Below, one piece after another: positions 38,714 through 48,547 of a DNA stretch of 64,000 nt. Positions within the stretch are counted from its first letter, which is position 1; every line of letters begins with the position of its first letter. The notes beneath the pieces were generated by a model, which saw nothing but the letters and a program-made list of their open reading frames with translations, ran no database searches and was not told where the DNA came from. The DNA comes from Candidatus Bathyarchaeota archaeon (GTDB lineage: Archaea; Thermoproteota; Bathyarchaeia; TCS64), in contig JAOZHO010000037.1 in NCBI GenBank assembly GCA_026014875.1, positions 111,501 to 175,500 of the forward strand, in the 5' to 3' direction. A program made the translations under genes and the position numbers.

Positions 38714-39652
38714 ATGAAGAAGCTCGACGTCGCGGGATCCTGGCCGGCCCTAGTCACCCCCTTCAACGATGACGACGAGGTCGACTACGACATCCTACGG
38801 AGCCTCGTCGACTTCCAAGTGGAGAACAGGAGCGACGGGATACTCCTCCTCGGCTCCACCAGCGAGGCGACCCTCCTGAGCCCCAGCGAGAGGACCAAGA
38901 TCATCGACGAATCCCTCGCCGCGGCGAAGGGCAGGATCCCCGCCCTCGTCGGGGTCTCGGCGTCCACCACCAAGCAGACCATCGAGAACGCCCGGTACGC
39001 CAAGGACGCCGGAGCAGACGGGGGGCTCATCGTCCAACCAGGCTACATCAGGCCGAGCCAGGACGCCCTCTACAGGTACTTTAAGGATGTCGCAGAGGCT
39101 GTGGACCTGCCCCTGGTGATCTACAACAACCCCTCGAGGACGGGGGTGAACGTGGAGCCGGAGACCATGGCCCGGCTGGCTCATCTGGAGAACATCGTGG
39201 CCCTCAAGGAGGCGGGGCCCAACCCCTACGGGGTCCTCAGGGTCGTGGAGCTCACCCGGGGCAGGCTCAACGTTCTCTGCTGCGACTGCCCCACGTACGC
39301 CCTTATCTTCCCGGTGCTCGCGTCGGGGGGGAAGGGCACCAGCAACGTGACGGGTTCCATCGCCCCCCGGGAGCTCGCGGTCATCTCGAAGCCATGGGAG
39401 AGCTACGAGGATGTGGTGGAGTGTCGGGAGACCTTTTTCAGGTACTTCCCGCTGATGCGGATGATGTACGCCGAGACGAACCCGGTGCCCCTCAAAGCGG
39501 CCCTGAACATGGTGGGGGCGAACGTGGGGAAGCCCCGGAAGCCCCTCCAAGAGTTCAGCAAGGAGAACACGGCCACCCTGAGGCTCACAATGAAGAGGCT
39601 CGGCATCCTCGACGAGGACTCTTACCAGATGGAGTTCTTCTCCGGGAAGTAA
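38714..39652 (+). CDS. dapA: Dihydrodipicolinate synthase family protein
   Basis: ALVTPF, GSTSE, YNNPSRTG, LKEA Schiff-base Lys, ETNPVPLK; substrate not certain. Confidence 0.8.
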   Translation: MKKLDVAGSWPALVTPFNDDDEVDYDILRSLVDFQVENRSDGILLLGSTSEATLLSPSERTKIIDESLAAAKGRIPALVGVSASTTKQTIENARYAKDAGADGGLIVQPGYIRPSQDALYRYFKDVAEAVDLPLVIYNNPSRTGVNVEPETMARLAHLENIVALKEAGPNPYGVLRVVELTRGRLNVLCCDCPTYALIFPVLASGGKGTSNVTGSIAPRELAVISKPWESYEDVVECRETFFRYFPLMRMMYAETNPVPLKAALNMVGANVGKPRKPLQEFSKENTATLRLTMKRLGILDEDSYQMEFFSGK

Positions 39653-39805
39653 CTAGATACTATAGCCTAGAGAGCCCACACGCGTGAGCCGGACCTCCGT
39701 AAAAGAGAACCTCATCAGCAACACGAGCTCAAGATTGCATATGCTCGCGAATAGAAGGGCTATCTCCGTCATAGCCGAGAAGATCGGGAAAGCCCTCCCG
39801 TAGCC

Positions 39806-40618
39806 CTAAAGCCTGTATCCCTCGGGAGCGGGGGCCCCATCGACGTATAAGCCCCCGGCTCCGTCGAGGGCGAATCTTCCCTCTGCTATCATCTGGATCG
39901 TCAGGGGAAAGATCACCCAGTCTCCCCGTTCCTTCAGCCGTTCCTGGTGCTCATCGATGATAGCCCCGAGGAGCTTCTTATCCTGAGCTAGCTCCGCCGG
40001 GACGACGCCCTCCGGTAGCCTGACGGGAACGGGCTCGGAGACGACGAGGACCTCCCCGTGGTCCACCTTCTCCCGGACCACATGGGTGCTAGCCCTGAGC
40101 TTTTGTTCCCCGGCGAGGATGGCGTCCCTCACCACGTGGATCCCTACGTACTTCCGGTCGTCCCCCTCCATGATGGAGAGGTCCGCGGGATGGACGTTAA
40201 TCATCCTCCCTTCATAGGCCTCGAGGAGGGGGCGCGTCGTGATGCTCATGTAGCCCGCGAGGGCGACGATGTCGACCCCGTGGGGGGCCACCTTCTCCAC
40301 GACGAGGCGGTCGAACTCGGGGCGGAGGCGGAGGTCGGTCCTCTTCACCCCCCGTTCTCTATAGAAGTCCCGGATGTCCTCACACTCGTAAGATATGCCG
40401 TACTCGCCTGCGATGTCCCTAGCCCTGCACCGTTTCTCCCCGCTCTTCCGGAGGCGATCGTCCCGGACATCCGTGAAGATCAGTGAGACCTCGTAGCGTG
40501 AGTCCTCTTCGAGGGCCCTCTCGATGATCCTCCTCGCGTTGGTCCCAGAACCGGAGACGAAGCAGGCCACCCGCATCTGCGCGTCTCCCTTCGGAGTGTA
40601 GACTGGTTGGGCCCTCAT
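39806..40618 (-). CDS. Formyltransferase (PurN-like GAR transformylase)
   Basis: SGSGTNA, LAGYM, INVHPADL, THVV..KVDHG. Confidence 0.8.
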   Translation of the reverse strand: MRAQPVYTPKGDAQMRVACFVSGSGTNARRIIERALEEDSRYEVSLIFTDVRDDRLRKSGEKRCRARDIAGEYGISYECEDIRDFYRERGVKRTDLRLRPEFDRLVVEKVAPHGVDIVALAGYMSITTRPLLEAYEGRMINVHPADLSIMEGDDRKYVGIHVVRDAILAGEQKLRASTHVVREKVDHGEVLVVSEPVPVRLPEGVVPAELAQDKKLLGAIIDEHQERLKERGDWVIFPLTIQMIAEGRFALDGAGGLYVDGAPAPEGYRL

Positions 40619-40771
40619 GGTTCCAATTCAACTCGAGTTCCCATATAAGAATTGGCTGCGTAGCCGTCCCTGTGAAGCACAAACGCATGAGCATCGGCCT
40701 TACACTTTCAGCCGCCTCTCCCGACCCGGAGCCTGCGATCCTTTTATAACACCAGAGGAGGATTTCACCCG

Positions 40772-40927
40772 ATGCGCATGGCCCAAGAGGCTCTCCTGGA
40801 AAACATCGATGTGCTGAAGCCCATCCACGAGGCACTATACCTGTGTGAAGCTTGCCACCACGTCGTCCCCAGGACTGTGGTGTGCCTCTACTGCGGCGTA
40901 TTAATCCCCGGCGAGAACAATCGGTAG
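40772..40927 (+). CDS. 51-aa Cys4 zinc-finger microprotein (not in ORF track)
   Basis: MRMAQEALLENIDVLKPIHEALYLCEACHHVVPRTVVCLYCGVLIPGENNR; TTTTATAA at 40742 and GGAGG upstream. Confidence 0.6.
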   Translation: MRMAQEALLENIDVLKPIHEALYLCEACHHVVPRTVVCLYCGVLIPGENNR

Positions 40928-41058
40928 CCTTCGGCATTCGTTTTAACGAAGATCCGGGTTTACTCTGAGACCCACTATCGAATCTGTTTTGCATTATAAG
41001 CGACGGCATTCATCGGATTCAAAAGAGATTTATTTGATGCGTCCCCCGTCACAGGGAA

Positions 41059-41637
41059 ATGGATCTGACGCCCCTCATCGCCTCTTTCACCCTCTTCTCC
41101 CTGATGGAGTTCGGGGATAAGACCCACATCGCCGTCATCACACTATCCATGAAGCACAAGCCCCTCCTCGTCTTCGCCGGGGCCCTCGGGGCCTTCGCCG
41201 TTGTGGACGGGGCCAGCGTGTTGGCTGGGGGGTTCATAGCTGACCTGATACCCTCCTTCTGGATCAACGTGATCTCCGGCGGACTGTTCCTGTTATTCGG
41301 ATTACTGACTCTTAGAAAAGAGGACGATGAAAGTGAGGTCGAGGAGTCCGGAAGGGGGGCCCTCGCCTCGACGTTCAGCATCGTCTCCCTCATGGAGCTC
41401 GGGGATAAGACCCAGTTCGCCTCCTTCGTCCTGGCAGCCCGATACGGGAACCCCGGCATGGTGTTCCTAGGGATCCTGCTAGGAGCCGCCCTCATCACGG
41501 GAAGCGGGGTAGTCATCGGAAAAGGATTGATGAAGTTCATACCGGAGCACTACCTGAGATACGTCGCCGCCGCACTCTTCATCCTCTTCGGCATCATCTT
41601 CCTCGCCAATGCCTTCCTCGGCATCGAACTCTTCTGA
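41059..41637 (+). CDS. GDT1/TMEM165 (UPF0016) Mn2+/Ca2+ transporter
   Basis: Two ExGDKT motifs (EFGDKTH, ELGDKTQ). Confidence 0.93.
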   Translation: MDLTPLIASFTLFSLMEFGDKTHIAVITLSMKHKPLLVFAGALGAFAVVDGASVLAGGFIADLIPSFWINVISGGLFLLFGLLTLRKEDDESEVEESGRGALASTFSIVSLMELGDKTQFASFVLAARYGNPGMVFLGILLGAALITGSGVVIGKGLMKFIPEHYLRYVAAALFILFGIIFLANAFLGIELF

Positions 41638-41683
41638 CCCCTCAAACGTTTTATGACCTAGATTTACCCACTAACTGATCTTC

Positions 41684-42970
41684 ATGACCCCCCGCATAGT
41701 CCTCATCGGGGCAGGGAGCAGCGTCTTCGGATACAACTCCGTCCTCGACGCCTCCAACATCAAGGCTCTCCACGGAGCCAACCTGGTCCTACACGACATC
41801 GACGAGGCGAGGCTCCAAAAGATGGGCTCCCTCGCGGAGAGGATCGTCGAGGCCACCGGGAGCAGCATTGAGGTGGAGTGGACCGCTGACAGGGAGAACG
41901 CCCTCTCGGACGCCGACTTTGTGGTCCTCTCCATCGCTGTCGATAGAATGAAACGTTGGCGCATGGACTGGGAGATCCCCTTCAACCTCGGGATCAAGCA
42001 GGTGATCGGGGAGAACGGGGGGCCGGGGGGACTCTTCCATACCATGAGGAATATCCCTCCCGTCCTCGCGATTTGCTCAGACATGGAGGAACACTGCCCC
42101 GACGCCCTCCTCCTCAACTACACCAATCCCGTTCCCCGTATCTGCCTCGCCATCGACAGATACACCGACATCAAGGTCGTAGGGCTCTGCCACGAGGTGG
42201 AGGCCCAGCTCAAACGAGTGTCAAAGGTGATGGGCGTCCCCAAGAGTCTCCTCGATGCAGTCTCCGCCGGGCTCAACCACTTCAGCTGGTTCAAGCACCT
42301 CCGGCTCACCAATGGCGACGACGCCTACCCCCTCCTCGACGATGCCCTCGAGAACACCCCCGGGTTCCAGCCTCTCTGCAGGGCATTGTACAACAAGTTC
42401 GGGCTCTACCCCAGCACCGACGACAACCACGCCGGGGAGTACCTCGCCTACGCCTGGCAGGCCTGCCCCAAGGAAGTCAGGGGCTTCAACTGGATCGACA
42501 GGATGGCGGAGCACGGGGAGAGGAACTGGAGGAAGATCAACGGGATCATCGAGGGCGAGGGACCCCTCGACGTCAAGGGCAAGTTTTCGGGGGAGAGGGC
42601 GATGCGCATCATAGGGGGAATAGTCTCCAACAGCCACCACACGGAGCTCCAGGCCAACCTCCCCAACGAGGGCCAGATCCCCAACCTCCTCGACGGGGCC
42701 ATCGTCGAGACCCCGGCCCTCGTTGACAGCAGCGGCATAAATCCCATCGACGTCGGGAAGCTCCCTGAGAGCCTCGCCGCCCTCTGTAACATCCAGACCC
42801 TAGTCACTGACCTCGTTGTCGAGGCCGGGGTTCACGGAGACAGGGACCTCGCACTCCAGGCGATCCTCGCTGACCCCGTGGTCCACGATCTGGAGGCGGG
42901 CAAAAAGGCGTTCAATGCCCTCATGGAGGCCCACGCAGACCTCCTCCCCCAGTTCACCGATGCAGCCTAG
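41684..42970 (+). CDS. GH4 family glycosidase (alpha-galactosidase-like)
   Basis: IGAGS, GENGGPGG, LNYTNP, GLCH, GLNHFSW. Confidence 0.92.
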   Translation: MTPRIVLIGAGSSVFGYNSVLDASNIKALHGANLVLHDIDEARLQKMGSLAERIVEATGSSIEVEWTADRENALSDADFVVLSIAVDRMKRWRMDWEIPFNLGIKQVIGENGGPGGLFHTMRNIPPVLAICSDMEEHCPDALLLNYTNPVPRICLAIDRYTDIKVVGLCHEVEAQLKRVSKVMGVPKSLLDAVSAGLNHFSWFKHLRLTNGDDAYPLLDDALENTPGFQPLCRALYNKFGLYPSTDDNHAGEYLAYAWQACPKEVRGFNWIDRMAEHGERNWRKINGIIEGEGPLDVKGKFSGERAMRIIGGIVSNSHHTELQANLPNEGQIPNLLDGAIVETPALVDSSGINPIDVGKLPESLAALCNIQTLVTDLVVEAGVHGDRDLALQAILADPVVHDLEAGKKAFNALMEAHADLLPQFTDAA

Positions 42971-43839
42971 ATATCCCGAGGCTTCCAATATGCCCTGAAG
43001 ACATATGTCCCGATGACGGCCCAGTAGCCCAAGTAGACGATGATCCTGAGCCACTCCGGGTTCCCGTCGTAGCCGACCAGCGCCTTCAGTATCGAGCCCA
43101 CGCCCCCCTTCTCATGGAGGATGGGGTAGGTCCCATCGGGATTCAACGGAGGGTTGATGTCGTAGGGCTTTTGCCCCATCACGCCAAAGTCGTAGCCCAT
43201 GTTCTCCCCGGCCTCGATGAGCTCGTGGACCCCGTAGCCTGCGAGCCCCGCCGAGAAGACGATGAGGAGGATACTGGTGTACCCGAAGAATTTTTTGATG
43301 TCCAGCTGGTAGGTCCCCCTCATCAGGAGCACCGCCAGCACCAGCACTATCGCGGTACCAGCTATTACGCCTATGATGGTCCCCGCCGCATCCTGAACGA
43401 ATGTGGTGGTGAGGAAAAGCACGGTCTCGAGACCCTCCCGGAAGACAGCCACGAAAGCGAGGGAGGCGATGCTGAAAAGCTCTCCCTGGCTCACGGCGAT
43501 GTCGATCTTATCCTGTAGCTCCCCCCGGATGTTCTTCGAGTGCTTGGTCATCCAGAAGATCATGTAAGTGAGGACGACCACCGCGGTCAGAGATGCGACC
43601 CCTTCGAAGAGCTCTGAGTTCACATCGCTCATCCCGCCGTAGACCATCTGTATCGCGACGCCTAGGACGAGGCTTATCACCACGGCTGCCCCGGAGCCCA
43701 GATAGGCGTAACGGGTCAACTCGCCTTTCCCCACCTTCTTGAGATAGGTGACCATGATGGCCACGATCAGCGCAGCCTCGAGAGCTTCCCTGAACGTGAT
43801 GACCAGGCTGGGAATAAATCCTTCAAACATTTTAATCAC
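42967..43839 (-). CDS. FTR1 family iron permease
   Basis: Two RExxE motifs (REALEA, REGLET). Confidence 0.93.
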   Translation of the reverse strand: MIKMFEGFIPSLVITFREALEAALIVAIMVTYLKKVGKGELTRYAYLGSGAAVVISLVLGVAIQMVYGGMSDVNSELFEGVASLTAVVVLTYMIFWMTKHSKNIRGELQDKIDIAVSQGELFSIASLAFVAVFREGLETVLFLTTTFVQDAAGTIIGVIAGTAIVLVLAVLLMRGTYQLDIKKFFGYTSILLIVFSAGLAGYGVHELIEAGENMGYDFGVMGQKPYDINPPLNPDGTYPILHEKGGVGSILKALVGYDGNPEWLRIIVYLGYWAVIGTYVFRAYWKPRDI

Positions 43840-43841
43840 TT

Positions 43842-43886
43842 TTTAGGATTGCCTAAATCCGCACCAATGGATTTAGTCCAGCCTAA
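43842..43886. promoter_or_regulatory. Two DtxR-like boxes TTAG-N6-CTAA upstream of FTR1
   Basis: TTTAGGattgCCTAAA at 43842-43857 and TTAGtccagcCTAA at 43873-43886, 30 bp apart, between the minus-strand TATA (about 43887-43894) and the start codon. Confidence 0.7.
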
Positions 43887-44033
43887 TATTTATACGTTTT
43901 GTTTTATAAAAAGAGGAAAAGAGAAGAAAAAGGTCACTAAATGCAAAAATAGCAGCAGATTTGGAAAGAGGAGGGTCGCCTCAGGCCCTCAAAATCCTTA
44001 AGCGACGTTTTCACCTAGCTAGGATGAACAAGA

Positions 44034-44891
44034 TTGACGCTCACAAGGCAGGCGGACAAGCCCGCAACCGGCAATGATTCCCCCAGGGTGGACTACCACT
44101 GCCACATCTCCATGACGGAATACGCAGACATCAAGAACCCGACCGTCGTCTCAGTCACTCTGGAGGAGTTCCTCGCCGACCTCGATGAGGCGGGGTTCCA
44201 GAAAGCCGTCGTCCTATCCGACAAGAGGACATCCCCGGAACAGGTTTCTGCTTTCGTCTCCCGGGCCCCCGACAGGTTCATCGGGTTCGGCTACGTCAAT
44301 CCCACACACGTGGGGTCAGGGGACGAGGTCCTGAAGCAGAGGGAGGAACTCGGACTCTTTGGGCTCAAGCTCTATCCCACCACCGACGGATACTTCGTGA
44401 ACGATCCAGACGTTTTCCCGGTCTACGAGGCCGCCTCGGGCATCGGGATGCCCATAATGTTCCACCACGCGGGGATGCCCGACCCCGGGGACCTGCTGAA
44501 ACACTCGGATCCCGCCCTCATCGACGAGGTCGCTTACAGCTTCCCTGAACTCAAGATCGTCCTGGCCCACCTCGGCTATCCCAGGGTGGACGAGACCCTC
44601 TACGTCGCCCGGAAACACGCCAACGTTTGGTGCGATATAAGCTGGCCCTACGGGAACGTCAACCATCCGAGCTATTCCTTCATGCTCTGGAGGGACCTCC
44701 TCACAGCCCTCAATCTCGGAGTCATCAACAAGCTCATATTTGGGACCGACTACCCGGGGGTCCGCCAGAGACCCTACATGGATATGCTGTTGAACATCAA
44801 CAGGTATGCGACCCACGAAGACCTCAAGATCCCCCAGGAGATGCTCCGCTCCATTGCAACCGATAACATCGATCCGCTAACACCCCCGTGA
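44034..44891 (+). CDS. Amidohydrolase_2 family protein
   Basis: DYHCH, GLKLYP, FHHAG, LAHLGYP, DIS, FGTDYP. Confidence 0.9.
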   Translation: MTLTRQADKPATGNDSPRVDYHCHISMTEYADIKNPTVVSVTLEEFLADLDEAGFQKAVVLSDKRTSPEQVSAFVSRAPDRFIGFGYVNPTHVGSGDEVLKQREELGLFGLKLYPTTDGYFVNDPDVFPVYEAASGIGMPIMFHHAGMPDPGDLLKHSDPALIDEVAYSFPELKIVLAHLGYPRVDETLYVARKHANVWCDISWPYGNVNHPSYSFMLWRDLLTALNLGVINKLIFGTDYPGVRQRPYMDMLLNINRYATHEDLKIPQEMLRSIATDNIDPLTPP

Positions 44892-45183
44892 CTGTTGTGA
44901 GAGGTTAGAGATCACGATAATCCCGCCTCGTTCCTCGGTGTGCGGGAGACACCACCGGAAGAGCCCCCAGCATCATAATATTAATACTTCACTAAAATGC
45001 CGGAATCTTGGAAATATTGGTTTTTTAATTGTTACTTTTAAATATAAGATATAAAACCCATCCTGTGCAAGAAAAATGTAAAAAAAATACTAGTTTTTTA
45101 CAAATAGTAAAAAATATCGGTTATCTCATACAAAACGTTTATATTTTAACCCCAACGATGTGCTGGTATTCGGTGACTTGAAT

Positions 45184-45558
45184 ATGACACTGATATTTAA
45201 TCCGGCGAGCGACGGTCTCTCAAAGGTCTTCCGGGACTACCAGGAGGAAGCCTTGAGGTTCGTCTGGGAAAGAAACAAAGAGGGCGCCATCTCGAGAGAG
45301 GTCTGGAGCCACACCAACGACAGGCTTGTGGGCAAGACAATCAGCCGCGCATCCATAATCAACTTCCTCAACGCAATGGTGGACGAGGGCGTCCTCGACT
45401 ACGATGAGCGGACAGGCAAGGGCGGCTACCACAGGGTCTACAGGCCAAAGCTGAATGAGACCGCTTTCAAAAAGTACGTCGCGCAGACCGTGATATCCAG
45501 CCTTATGAAGGACTTTCCTGCGGAAACCAAGGAAGTCCTCAAGCTGGTCATTTCCTGA
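45184..45558 (+). CDS. BlaI/MecI-like winged-helix regulator
   Basis: LRFVWE, SREVW, ISRASIINFLN.MVDEGVL, GKGGY.RVY. Confidence 0.75.
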   Translation: MTLIFNPASDGLSKVFRDYQEEALRFVWERNKEGAISREVWSHTNDRLVGKTISRASIINFLNAMVDEGVLDYDERTGKGGYHRVYRPKLNETAFKKYVAQTVISSLMKDFPAETKEVLKLVIS

Positions 45559-45811
45559 TATTTTATCAGATCTCTCATTTTTTATTTAATATCTCAACTC
45601 TAGAGGAAGCTCACTGAACAGGCTACGACGCTGGATTTCCGCCAGTTCAGGCTCCTCGACGATAGCTATGAAAGCGATGCCCATGACGAGGAGGGCGCGC
45701 GTGCGAGCCCATCCAGCCCACCGGAATAACCATCATCTCCGGGGCGATGTTTTAAGCTTAACTACGCTTAAGAGCACCTTAATAACATTCAAAAATATAT
45801 GACAGTATACG

Positions 45812-47344
45812 ATGGGGTTCGACGAACGCATCTACCCAATCCTTTCGAATCCCAAATACACGTACATATTCTTCTCCCTGATCGCCTTCATACCACGCAT
45901 CCTCGTCTGGGCCTCCATCCCCGTCGACTGGAACTCCGACTCTTACCACCACTGGCAGATATCCTACATGACGCTCAAGATCGGCCTCCAGAGGGGGAGG
46001 CTCTGGGACCTCAACGGGTGCGAGTACTACTGGGGGGTCGTACCCCACTTGGTTCAGGCCCTCCTCTTGGGGGTGCTGTCTACAGCCTCCATCCTGCCCT
46101 ACCGAATACTGAACATCATTCTCGCCGGAGCGAACACGTACCTGATCTACATCATCGGGCGGGACAACTTCTACTGGAGAGTCGGACTCTCCGCCGGCCT
46201 GATCTACGCCCTATACCCCGTGGCCGCGATATTCGACATCGTCGCCCTCCAGGAACCCCTCGCCCTGTTCTTCGCCCTCCTCTCCCTCGCCCTCTTCAAC
46301 ACCAAGCCCGGCTGGTCGGGGCTGTTCCTCGCCCTCGCGGCGCAGTCCAGGACCGAGTATTGGCTCGTCTCCCTGATGTTCGTCGCCGGGGTCGTCGCGA
46401 TCGAGAGGGCCTCCCAGAGGACCCAAGCCTTCGCCCTCAGCTGGCTCATAGCCATGACCCTGTTCTGCTTCCTGTTCAGGCACTGGACCTCGAACGCCGT
46501 CTATCCCCTCTACTGGAGCCTCTTCAGCGTCTTCGGAGGCTGGACCCAGCGAGGGCTGGGCCTACCCCTCCCCCGCCTCATGATGATGTGGCTGGGAGAC
46601 AAGCTGCGCGCCTGGCCCGGGAAGGCCACGGGCCAACTCCTGCTGGGATCGGCGGTCGTCCTCTCAGGCTCCTTTGCTCACATGGTTCGGTGCCGATGGA
46701 GGAGATACCATCTTTTCCTCTTCTTCCTCATATCCGCGGTGGTGTTCGGGCCCATCTTCATCACGTACTACCCGGGGAATCCGAAGCATCTCCTATACAT
46801 GCTCAGGATGAGCCTGCCCCTGGCAGCGGTGGGATCAGTGCTCCTCGCCTACCTCATCTATAGAGTGGAGTTGAGGGTGTCCCGGAGCCATGCTAGGCTG
46901 ATCCCCCTTACCCTCGCGGTTGTGGTGCTGGAACTGATATGCATGAACGCCATACTCCCCGCCTACGGGACTTTCCAGAGCGAGACCCTCGACATCTTCG
47001 ACGTCGCAGATGCGGCATCAAGCCACTACGTTAATGGGACCATCGTCTGCGACCATCCAACGGCGAACTATAGGCTCATCTCAAGGTGGGGGGTAAGCCC
47101 CGAGGATCTCCTGAGTAATCATTATGCCCCCCACTACTACGGAGTGACCGACCCCGCCAGATACGCCAGATGGTTTGCTAGGCACAACGTGACCCTATGG
47201 CTCCACTGCGGAAGCCGATCCCACCCTGTCTGGGCCGTGGTGAACCAGAAATATCCGGACCTGCTGTTACTCAAGGAGGAGGTGCACGGTATCCGGATCT
47301 ACGTGGTGAATCAGACCCGCCTAGAGAGTATCATCATTGAATAG
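45812..47344 (+). CDS. Multi-pass membrane protein, GT-C glycosyltransferase-like (PMT_2/ArnT)
   Basis: Many TM segments, DSYHH loop after TM1, QEPL, SRTEYW, soluble C-terminal domain. Confidence 0.75.
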   Translation: MGFDERIYPILSNPKYTYIFFSLIAFIPRILVWASIPVDWNSDSYHHWQISYMTLKIGLQRGRLWDLNGCEYYWGVVPHLVQALLLGVLSTASILPYRILNIILAGANTYLIYIIGRDNFYWRVGLSAGLIYALYPVAAIFDIVALQEPLALFFALLSLALFNTKPGWSGLFLALAAQSRTEYWLVSLMFVAGVVAIERASQRTQAFALSWLIAMTLFCFLFRHWTSNAVYPLYWSLFSVFGGWTQRGLGLPLPRLMMMWLGDKLRAWPGKATGQLLLGSAVVLSGSFAHMVRCRWRRYHLFLFFLISAVVFGPIFITYYPGNPKHLLYMLRMSLPLAAVGSVLLAYLIYRVELRVSRSHARLIPLTLAVVVLELICMNAILPAYGTFQSETLDIFDVADAASSHYVNGTIVCDHPTANYRLISRWGVSPEDLLSNHYAPHYYGVTDPARYARWFARHNVTLWLHCGSRSHPVWAVVNQKYPDLLLLKEEVHGIRIYVVNQTRLESIIIE

Positions 47345-47427
47345 TTCGCAGCAAGCGCCATCTAAGCAGTCAGGGATATCTCTTTATCTTTCCCGATAGG
47401 GAGTGAAGATGCATCAGGTGAAGCTTG

Positions 47428-48489
47428 ATGGAACCGGTCGCCGTGGTCTACCATGAAGGGATCTCAGGATACGACTTCGGCCCAAGCCATCCCTTCAGGA
47501 GCGACAGGTTCCAAAAGTTCATGGACCTCCTGGAGACCCATGGTTTTCTAGACGATCCGAGAGTCTCCGTCGTGGAGCCCGAACCCGCCGGCGATGAGCT
47601 TCTGAAGCTGATCCATCCGGAAACCTACATCAGGAAAGTTGAGACTCGAAGCGAAAACTACATCCCGCTGTCGGGTGACACCCCCCTCAGCCCGTCCATA
47701 CTCGAGGCGGCGCGTCTCATCGTCGGGGGGTCCGTACTGGCCGGGGAACTAGTCGCCACGGGAGCCGCCGAGATAGGTTTCGGTGTGGGCGGGGGGCTCC
47801 ACCACGCCGGGCGGGGATACGGGGGAGGTTTCTGCGTCTTCAACGACGTCGCTGTTTGTGCTCAGAGCCTCATCGAGCGCCACGGCCTAGGGAGGGTGCT
47901 CATCCTCGACTCCGATGTCCACGCGGGGAATGGCACCATGGATATCTTCTATGAGGATCCCCGGATCCTATACGTCTCGGTGCACCAGAACCCTCGCACC
48001 ATCTACCCCGGAACGGGCTTCATCGACCAAATTGGGGAGGGAAAAGGGGCTGGATTCACGGTGAACGTGCCACTCCCTCCGGGTGCCGGTGACCGCTGCA
48101 TGTCCCTGTTCCTCGAGGAGATCTTCAAACCCCTAGCAGACGAGTTCAAGCCCCAGGCGATCATCAGAAACGGGGGCACAGACCCCCACTTCATGGACGG
48201 CCTCGGGAACCTCAACTTGACCTTCCAAGGGCTCTGGACAATCGGGAAGGCCGTGTCCCAAGCAGCCGAGGAGGCCGGTTGCGGCGTCGTCGACCTCTGC
48301 TGCAGCGGCTACAACCCGACTACCGTCGCCGAAGGGTGGCTCTCACTCCTCACCGGGGCGATGGGCGAGGAGAATCCGATTGTGGAATCGGCTCCGCCCC
48401 CGAGAAGCTCCGAGTCCGTCTTCAAGGAGACCGAGAAAATTATCGGGGACGTTAAGAGACACCTCCGAGAATATTGGAAATTCCGTTGA
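47428..48489 (+). CDS. Histone deacetylase / AcuC family protein
   Basis: HPF, GGGLHHA, GFCVFND, DSDVHAGNGT, YPGTG, NVPLPPG. Confidence 0.93.
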   Translation: MEPVAVVYHEGISGYDFGPSHPFRSDRFQKFMDLLETHGFLDDPRVSVVEPEPAGDELLKLIHPETYIRKVETRSENYIPLSGDTPLSPSILEAARLIVGGSVLAGELVATGAAEIGFGVGGGLHHAGRGYGGGFCVFNDVAVCAQSLIERHGLGRVLILDSDVHAGNGTMDIFYEDPRILYVSVHQNPRTIYPGTGFIDQIGEGKGAGFTVNVPLPPGAGDRCMSLFLEEIFKPLADEFKPQAIIRNGGTDPHFMDGLGNLNLTFQGLWTIGKAVSQAAEEAGCGVVDLCCSGYNPTTVAEGWLSLLTGAMGEENPIVESAPPPRSSESVFKETEKIIGDVKRHLREYWKFR

Positions 48490-48547
48490 TGGGATACAAT
48501 ACCGTATTTTTTTAGGCGAGAATGTAATCTAGTTTAGGGAAGGTTCC

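Noticed and set aside
40930-41058. yybP-ykoY Mn riboswitch upstream of the GDT1 transporter
   Set aside because: No recognisable conserved riboswitch elements; the upstream space holds a small ORF and a TATA-like promoter
45588-45740. Minus-strand fragment ALLVMGIAFIAIVEEPELAEI, possibly a transporter C-terminus
   Set aside because: Too short and without a clear start to call
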